Source of the DNA: Candidatus Bipolaricaulota bacterium
GTDB lineage: Bacteria; Bipolaricaulota; Bipolaricaulia; M55B111
Direction: 5' to 3'
DNA: 64,000 nucleotides
NCBI GenBank assembly: GCA_021735245.1
Contig: JAIPHJ010000003.1
Span: forward strand, 15,717-79,716
Positions 59,600-64,000 of the stretch are shown piece after piece. Position 1 is the stretch's first letter; each line of letters starts with the position of its first letter. The notes below the pieces were generated by a model that was not told the DNA's origin, ran no database searches, and saw nothing but the letters and a program-made list of their open reading frames with translations. The translations under genes were made by a program, and so were the position numbers.

Positions 59600-60508
59600 A
59601 TGTCCACCGACAAAAAGCTCGTGCCCAATCGACTTAAAGAAAAACCCTCCTTTAAGGGGAAGAAAATGCCCTCGGAGGCAAACCTGCTGTTGTTACCGTT
59701 TTTTGCCCTCTCCCGACAGGACGCAGCCAGTAAGGAGAGGATGAAGTACGAAAAAGAGGTGCAAAGGGACGAGGGCAGGGAGGTAATAACCTGGGAGGTA
59801 AGTGCCTCCAGCAAGTACGGCTACCCCGGACCGTTCGACAAGAATGTCTACAAGGCGGTCGAGGAGATAATTACCAGAGAGGACTTTCCGGTAAAGAACC
59901 CGATAGAGTTTAGCCTCTATAAGTTATTAAAACTGATGGGAAGGAAAAGCCCTGGCGGCAGGGACTACCGCCAGGTCAGACAGTCTCTGGAGAAACTGAC
60001 CGCCACCACGATCAAGTCAAAGGGAAGCTTCTACCTCAAGGGTAGGTGTAAGTATTTGGACGATGTATTTAGCCTGTTTTCCCGGGTTACGTTTACCGGA
60101 GAAGAGAAAAAAGACGGGGGAAGGGCGGAGAAGAATTACCTCTTCCTTAACTCCTTTTTCTTAGAGAACATAAACGAATTCTACATGCGCCCCCTAGACT
60201 ACCAATTTTACAAAGGATTAGATGGAGAAATAACCAAGAGACTTTACGAGCTTCTGGGTGTAAAGTTTTTCCCGATAGTAAAACAGGACAAGCCTTCCTT
60301 GCGGTTCTCCTACGATACCCTAACTAAACTAATCCCGTTAAGGAAACAGGACTATCCCTCAAAAGCCAAGCAAGTATTGTCTCCCGCTCACAAGGAGCTT
60401 GCCGATAAGGACTTCCTTTCTGGGGTAGACTGGAAAAAGAAGCGGGATAGTTTACTTATTTACTACTACCCGGGCGAGCGGTCGGTTCGAGAGATAAAAG
60501 GAAATTAA
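59600..60508 (+). CDS. replication initiator protein, RepA (RPA-family)-like (302 aa)
   Basis: N-terminus ANLLLLPFFALSRQD followed by winged-helix-like segments. Pattern recalled from plasmid 'replication initiator protein A'; iterons lie upstream. Confidence 0.7.
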   Translation: MSTDKKLVPNRLKEKPSFKGKKMPSEANLLLLPFFALSRQDAASKERMKYEKEVQRDEGREVITWEVSASSKYGYPGPFDKNVYKAVEEIITREDFPVKNPIEFSLYKLLKLMGRKSPGGRDYRQVRQSLEKLTATTIKSKGSFYLKGRCKYLDDVFSLFSRVTFTGEEKKDGGRAEKNYLFLNSFFLENINEFYMRPLDYQFYKGLDGEITKRLYELLGVKFFPIVKQDKPSLRFSYDTLTKLIPLRKQDYPSKAKQVLSPAHKELADKDFLSGVDWKKKRDSLLIYYYPGERSVREIKGN

Positions 60509-60586
60509 GATAATAGATACAAAATACTAATACGAAGAAAGTAGCCACGTTAAGTGGCTCCTTTAAAGAATAAGGAAGAAAATAAT

Positions 60587-61413
60587 ATATGCCGCCGCCG
60601 AAAATCAGTCGGGCGCTACGCTCCGACTTAACCGTTACTCTTATTGTTGCACTTACCCAGAAATTATCATTGTTCCGATTTGTCACAATCGATAATTTCT
60701 TTTTTTCGTTCAGCCCCTTGGCTGAACGTTTTAACTTTAACCTCACCTGCTTAATTCTGTTGAATTTAGCTCCGGTTAAAGTTATTAGGTTCGTGCAACC
60801 CCCTACATCGACCCCCACATTTGGGTACTCATCTTTAGAGTTGAAGGGGTCGATGTAGGGGTGGGGACTTGTTAGCCCCCACCAATCCGATATCTTCGAG
60901 TAACGGTTAAGCCGGGCTTACGCCCGACAACCCTGTCTCGCTTCGTGGTTTTTCCCGAAAAATAATCCGCTGAATTTTAAATTCAGCCGCCATCTGATGA
61001 TGTCGATTTTTCGGGTCCCGCAAACCACGAAGCGAGAACCTTCCGCGCGCCCGTTATGAATAATTTATCGTCGCGCGGAAGCCCTCGGTTGGCCATCAAG
61101 TTGGTTGATACCAACTTGATTGGCTCGTCTCTGTTGAGACGAGAGGCTCCCTCAGCCAGCAGGTTGGAGCTGTCTTCGGTCGCCTGCACAACCTTCGGGA
61201 AGGTTCTCGGGTAACCAAGCCGGAAGACCGGCTTGTTTATCTCACCTCCTTGAGGTGAGACCGACCTCACACTAGAAAATATTAAACGTGTTCGGTCGGT
61301 GCTACCCTTCGACAGGGTTGTCGGGCGCCTCGGCTTGCTTGCCGTTCAGCTGCTGGCTACGCCAGCGCTTCACGGAGCAAAGCCGGGCGACGACTGATTC
61401 GGCGGCGGCATAT
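60587..61413. ncRNA. candidate large (~827 nt) ornate structured RNA, family unassigned
   Basis: At least 17 hand-verified nested helices, including a 23-bp closing stem (60587-60611 / 61391-61413) and long-range perfect helices of 13, 15, 14, 16 and 11 bp. No credible ORF. Strand unresolved (see findings). Confidence 0.6.
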
Positions 61414-61574
61414 TTAAAAGAACAGATTACTCGCTATTAGATGAATGAATTAGTAAAGAAAAAAGATGAAATCTGTACCGGAACCACCTGTTCCGCCTTA
61501 ATATATAGGGTTTACAGGGTTTTAGATGACGTTATAATGATATTGAAAGGTGATAAATAAAGGGGCGACAAAAT

Positions 61575-62648
61575 ATGGTTGAGTGGGAAGAAATAATCGA
61601 TAAATTGAGAAAAATGGAGCGAGACGAAGAAAATGCGGACAAAAGAGAAGTATTAGTAATGTTCGCAGAAAGGGCTTTGGAGAAGCGTCCGGAAGATCAG
61701 AGAAGCCTAAATGAAAATCTGAAAAAGCTGTTTGAAAGGATTTTACCTAAGAACAAAAGAAAGGTTTTCTTCGATCTGATAAAAAAAGTAGCTTATATAC
61801 AAAAGCAATTAAAAGAAGAAGGGTTCCTGGCTTCGGAGGATATAAGACCTCTCACAGAAGCTGCGGATTTAGCTTTAGTTTCTACTAGACAATATAGGAA
61901 ATACCTTAAAGGAACTGCTATTCCAAGTGCAAAAAAGTTAAATAATGCTTTTGACAATTTCAGTCAATCTTATAGGGTCTCCATATTGTACCATGATTTA
62001 CTGGATAGACTGAAACTTATATACGATGAATTTCCCGATTTAGCAGAATCCAGTCTCGAAAATTCAAGTTTAAGTCCAGCAATATTACCCTCTGGTTGGG
62101 GTGAGGAAGGTTTAGGTAACAGGTATATGACGGGTGATCCCCGGTATAACTTTTACCAAGAAGATGGTGAATATATACTGGAGTACGAAGGTTATGGTTT
62201 CACATTCTCAACTATTAAATTTAAAGCCGACGAAGAAGATATCAAAGATTTTTTCGATTCTGAAGCTTCTCCTTTTCAAGGGGATTGGGGCGGTTTTAAA
62301 GAAAAATTGGATTCCACGTCGAAAAAATTGCCTCGGTTGGAAGGTAATCCTGATCTATCAGAGTATGTCTGGGAAAGAGATTTGGTAAAACATATGAGAG
62401 AAGGGACCTTGGAATCAATCATTGGTGATTCTAAAACACCACCGTTTGCGGAGGATATGATACTTTTTTCATATTACCGAGCAATGATTCAAGGTTTAGA
62501 GGAAGGGCAAGAAGACTCGGACATTTTCCGGGGGTATCCAGAGAAAGAGATCGAAAGAATTTTGGAGTTTGCGGAACAACTTGACCTAAATGAAGAGAAG
62601 AAATCAGAACTTAATAGGCTACTTAATGAGGGCAAGGAAGATGAATAA
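61575..62648 (+). CDS. hypothetical protein (357 aa)
   Basis: TATAAT-like box at ~61537 and GGGGCG RBS; acidic; no family recognised. Confidence 0.6.
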   Translation: MVEWEEIIDKLRKMERDEENADKREVLVMFAERALEKRPEDQRSLNENLKKLFERILPKNKRKVFFDLIKKVAYIQKQLKEEGFLASEDIRPLTEAADLALVSTRQYRKYLKGTAIPSAKKLNNAFDNFSQSYRVSILYHDLLDRLKLIYDEFPDLAESSLENSSLSPAILPSGWGEEGLGNRYMTGDPRYNFYQEDGEYILEYEGYGFTFSTIKFKADEEDIKDFFDSEASPFQGDWGGFKEKLDSTSKKLPRLEGNPDLSEYVWERDLVKHMREGTLESIIGDSKTPPFAEDMILFSYYRAMIQGLEEGQEDSDIFRGYPEKEIERILEFAEQLDLNEEKKSELNRLLNEGKEDE

Positions 62649-62730
62649 TGTGTCGACAATTGCAAATTTGCTTATAAGAGTGGGTCGCGTAGACTACGCG
62701 GGAGGTGAAATGACTATGGCGAAGTAAAAA

Positions 62731-62763
62731 AGGGCAAGCTCTTGGGAAGCTTGCCCTTTATTA
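62731..62763 (+). terminator. Rho-independent terminator
   Basis: agggcaagc-tcttgggaa-gcttgccct followed by TTATT. Confidence 0.6.
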
Positions 62764-62946
62764 AGGGGTTACCTTTGACCATGTGGCTTATTGAACAACA
62801 CAGTCTAAGCAACCCGACTCTAACTTCATTATAGCTGCAAGTTCTTTTCAGTCAAGCCATCCAGAAAGGTAACCCTCTCAATATTACCCCAATAGTTTAC
62901 TAATTTTTGTGATTCATAGTACTGACAAGTATACGGAGGTAACACT

Positions 62947-63660
62947 ATGACAAATCTAGAAACCAATCCCCAAACTACGGGACATCTGGAAGGCTCTATT
63001 CAAATAGACACAGGTAAGACCGAAATTCTATCCAACCTAAATCAGTTGGAAAGTCAGCTTCAAAACTTAAGCTCAGAACTATCAACGACCAGCTCTCAAC
63101 ACTCAGAACTGGTAAAGCGTCTATCCGACGAATTAACAAACAATATAAGAGACCTAAAAAAAGAAACTCTAAATAAACTCAGAGAGCAGGAATCGATCTT
63201 GACAACGATACGGAAGACGTTAGCTAAACTGGATTCGAGGCAAGGTAAGCAGGCAAAAAGAGAAGAAGAGATACTCCGAACTACGAAGGAACTTCAGGAC
63301 CAATTCGTATTCGAAGAGCGGGTCCTGCCAGGCGTGCAGGAGATAATTAAAGTCCGAGACGATGTAGTGGGTCAGTTAACTGATATGGAGCAGAACAACC
63401 AGCGCCACATTTTTCTACAAGCCTTGGATACTGCCCTACTGAAAACGTTAAAGAAGTTTGGCGTTGAAGAGGTCAACTCTTCCGATGACGGGAAGTTCGA
63501 CCCTGAAATTCAAGAAGTAACAACAAAGGAAACTACGTTGGAGGCCAGACAAGACAAAAAAGTAGTTGAAATTTTAAAGCCCGGCTATACATGGAAAGAA
63601 AAATTGATCCGACCTCAAAAGGTTAAGATCGCTGAATTTAAAGGAGGTAAAAATGAATAA
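62947..63660 (+). CDS. GrpE-like nucleotide-exchange factor (237 aa)
   Basis: Long N-terminal coiled coil. C-terminus LKKFGVEEVNSSDDGKFDPEIQEV...VVEILKPGYTWKEKLIRPQKVKIA follows the GrpE pattern (KFGVE..FDP...GY...IRPA.V.V). Confidence 0.7.
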   Translation: MTNLETNPQTTGHLEGSIQIDTGKTEILSNLNQLESQLQNLSSELSTTSSQHSELVKRLSDELTNNIRDLKKETLNKLREQESILTTIRKTLAKLDSRQGKQAKREEEILRTTKELQDQFVFEERVLPGVQEIIKVRDDVVGQLTDMEQNNQRHIFLQALDTALLKTLKKFGVEEVNSSDDGKFDPEIQEVTTKETTLEARQDKKVVEILKPGYTWKEKLIRPQKVKIAEFKGGKNE

Positions 63661-64000
63661 AGAAAAAGTATTTTCCGTAGATTTTGGGACGACTTTTACT
63701 GAGTACGGGTTTTTAGGGGAGGACGGAAGGCCAAATATACTGAAGACGCCCTCAGGCAGTCGTAAATTACGATCAGCAATTTGGTTTAGGAACGGCCAAG
63801 GGACTAAGTTCGGAGACTCGGCGGCCAGGGCGGCCCCGGTCCACCCAGATCACGTTCTTAAGAACTTCAAACCTGAGATGGATAAGGCAGAAACAAATTT
63901 CTCAGTCGATGGGCGAAAACTAAAACCAGTAAAAGTGGCTAAGCTTTTTTATTCACACGTAAAGAACCAGATAGAAGAAAGTACAGGCCAAAAAGCCGAA
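63653..64000 (+). CDS. Hsp70/actin-fold ATPase-like protein, N-terminal 116 codons (continues beyond window)
   Basis: Own translation: MNKEKVFSVDFGTTFTEYGFLGEDGRPNILKTPSGSRKLRSAIWF... (phosphate-1 motif DFGTT). 8-nt overlap with the grpE-like stop; AGGAGG RBS. Confidence 0.65.
   Translation, partial: MNKEKVFSVDFGTTFTEYGFLGEDGRPNILKTPSGSRKLRSAIWFRNGQGTKFGDSAARAAPVHPDHVLKNFKPEMDKAETNFSVDGRKLKPVKVAKLFYSHVKNQIEESTGQKAE

Larger units (their letters stand above)
34609..64000. mobile_element. integrated plasmid-like/defence island 2 downstream of tRNA-Val (right boundary not in window)
   Basis: Integrase immediately 3' of the tRNA, defence genes, RepA with iterons and DnaA boxes, mosaic base composition. 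No right-hand att repeat found in the window. Confidence 0.6.

Noticed and set aside
60456-61270. Track ORFs 60456-60818 (-), 60589-60858 (+) and 60983-61270 (-) inside the structured segment
   Set aside because: They overlap one another on opposite strands and have no RBS. Their low-complexity products derive from helix arms and their complements, so the region is better explained as structured RNA.
60587-61413. Assignment of the large structured segment to group II intron, group I intron, RNase P RNA or tmRNA
   Set aside because: I could not find a GUGYG 5' end or a domain-V-like 14-bp bulged hairpin with an AGC triad. I found no RNase P GGAAAGUCCGG-type core and no tRNA-like acceptor/T-arm 3' end. 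No host gene is interrupted. This needs cmscan to confirm.

Overview
Bacterial chromosome edge followed by accessory DNA. Positions 1-13.1 kb are ordinary core: the end of a dcw cell-wall cluster on the minus strand (murC partial, murG, ftsW, murD), a class-III aminotransferase, a secreted DUF4139-like protein, a phosphohexomutase, leuS and tRNA-Cys. From 13.1 kb to the window end the DNA looks horizontally acquired and is organised around tRNA-Val(GAC). Island 1 (13118-34570, about 21.5 kb) is bracketed by an exact 41-nt direct repeat equal to the 5' half of tRNA-Val. It carries two paralogous tyrosine integrases, a small third recombinase, secreted glycoside-hydrolase-like cargo, an XRE switch region with three near-consensus promoters and a terminated small RNA, and a primase-helicase module. 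Island 2 (34609 to beyond 64000; right end not in window) opens with a third paralogous integrase. It carries a defence island: a 2183-aa nuclease-STAND NTPase, a SNF2/DUF3883 helicase + DUF1156 methyltransferase + DUF499 ATPase triad, a GmrSD-type DUF262/DUF1524 enzyme, and a frameshifted PIN gene. It also carries a plasmid-type replicon (DnaA boxes, iterons, RepA-like initiator) and a GrpE-like/Hsp70-like pair. The most unusual item is an ORF-free 827-nt segment (60587-61413) that pairs by hand into at least 17 nested, mostly perfect helices closed by a 23-bp terminal stem. I read it as a candidate large ornate non-coding RNA that I cannot assign to a known family. Two diverged copies of a ~225-nt structured non-coding module (35729-35952, 45767-45994) sit in front of the two main defence cassettes. 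No rRNA and no CRISPR array were seen. All calls rest on reading the sequence and recalling protein motifs; no database search was possible.
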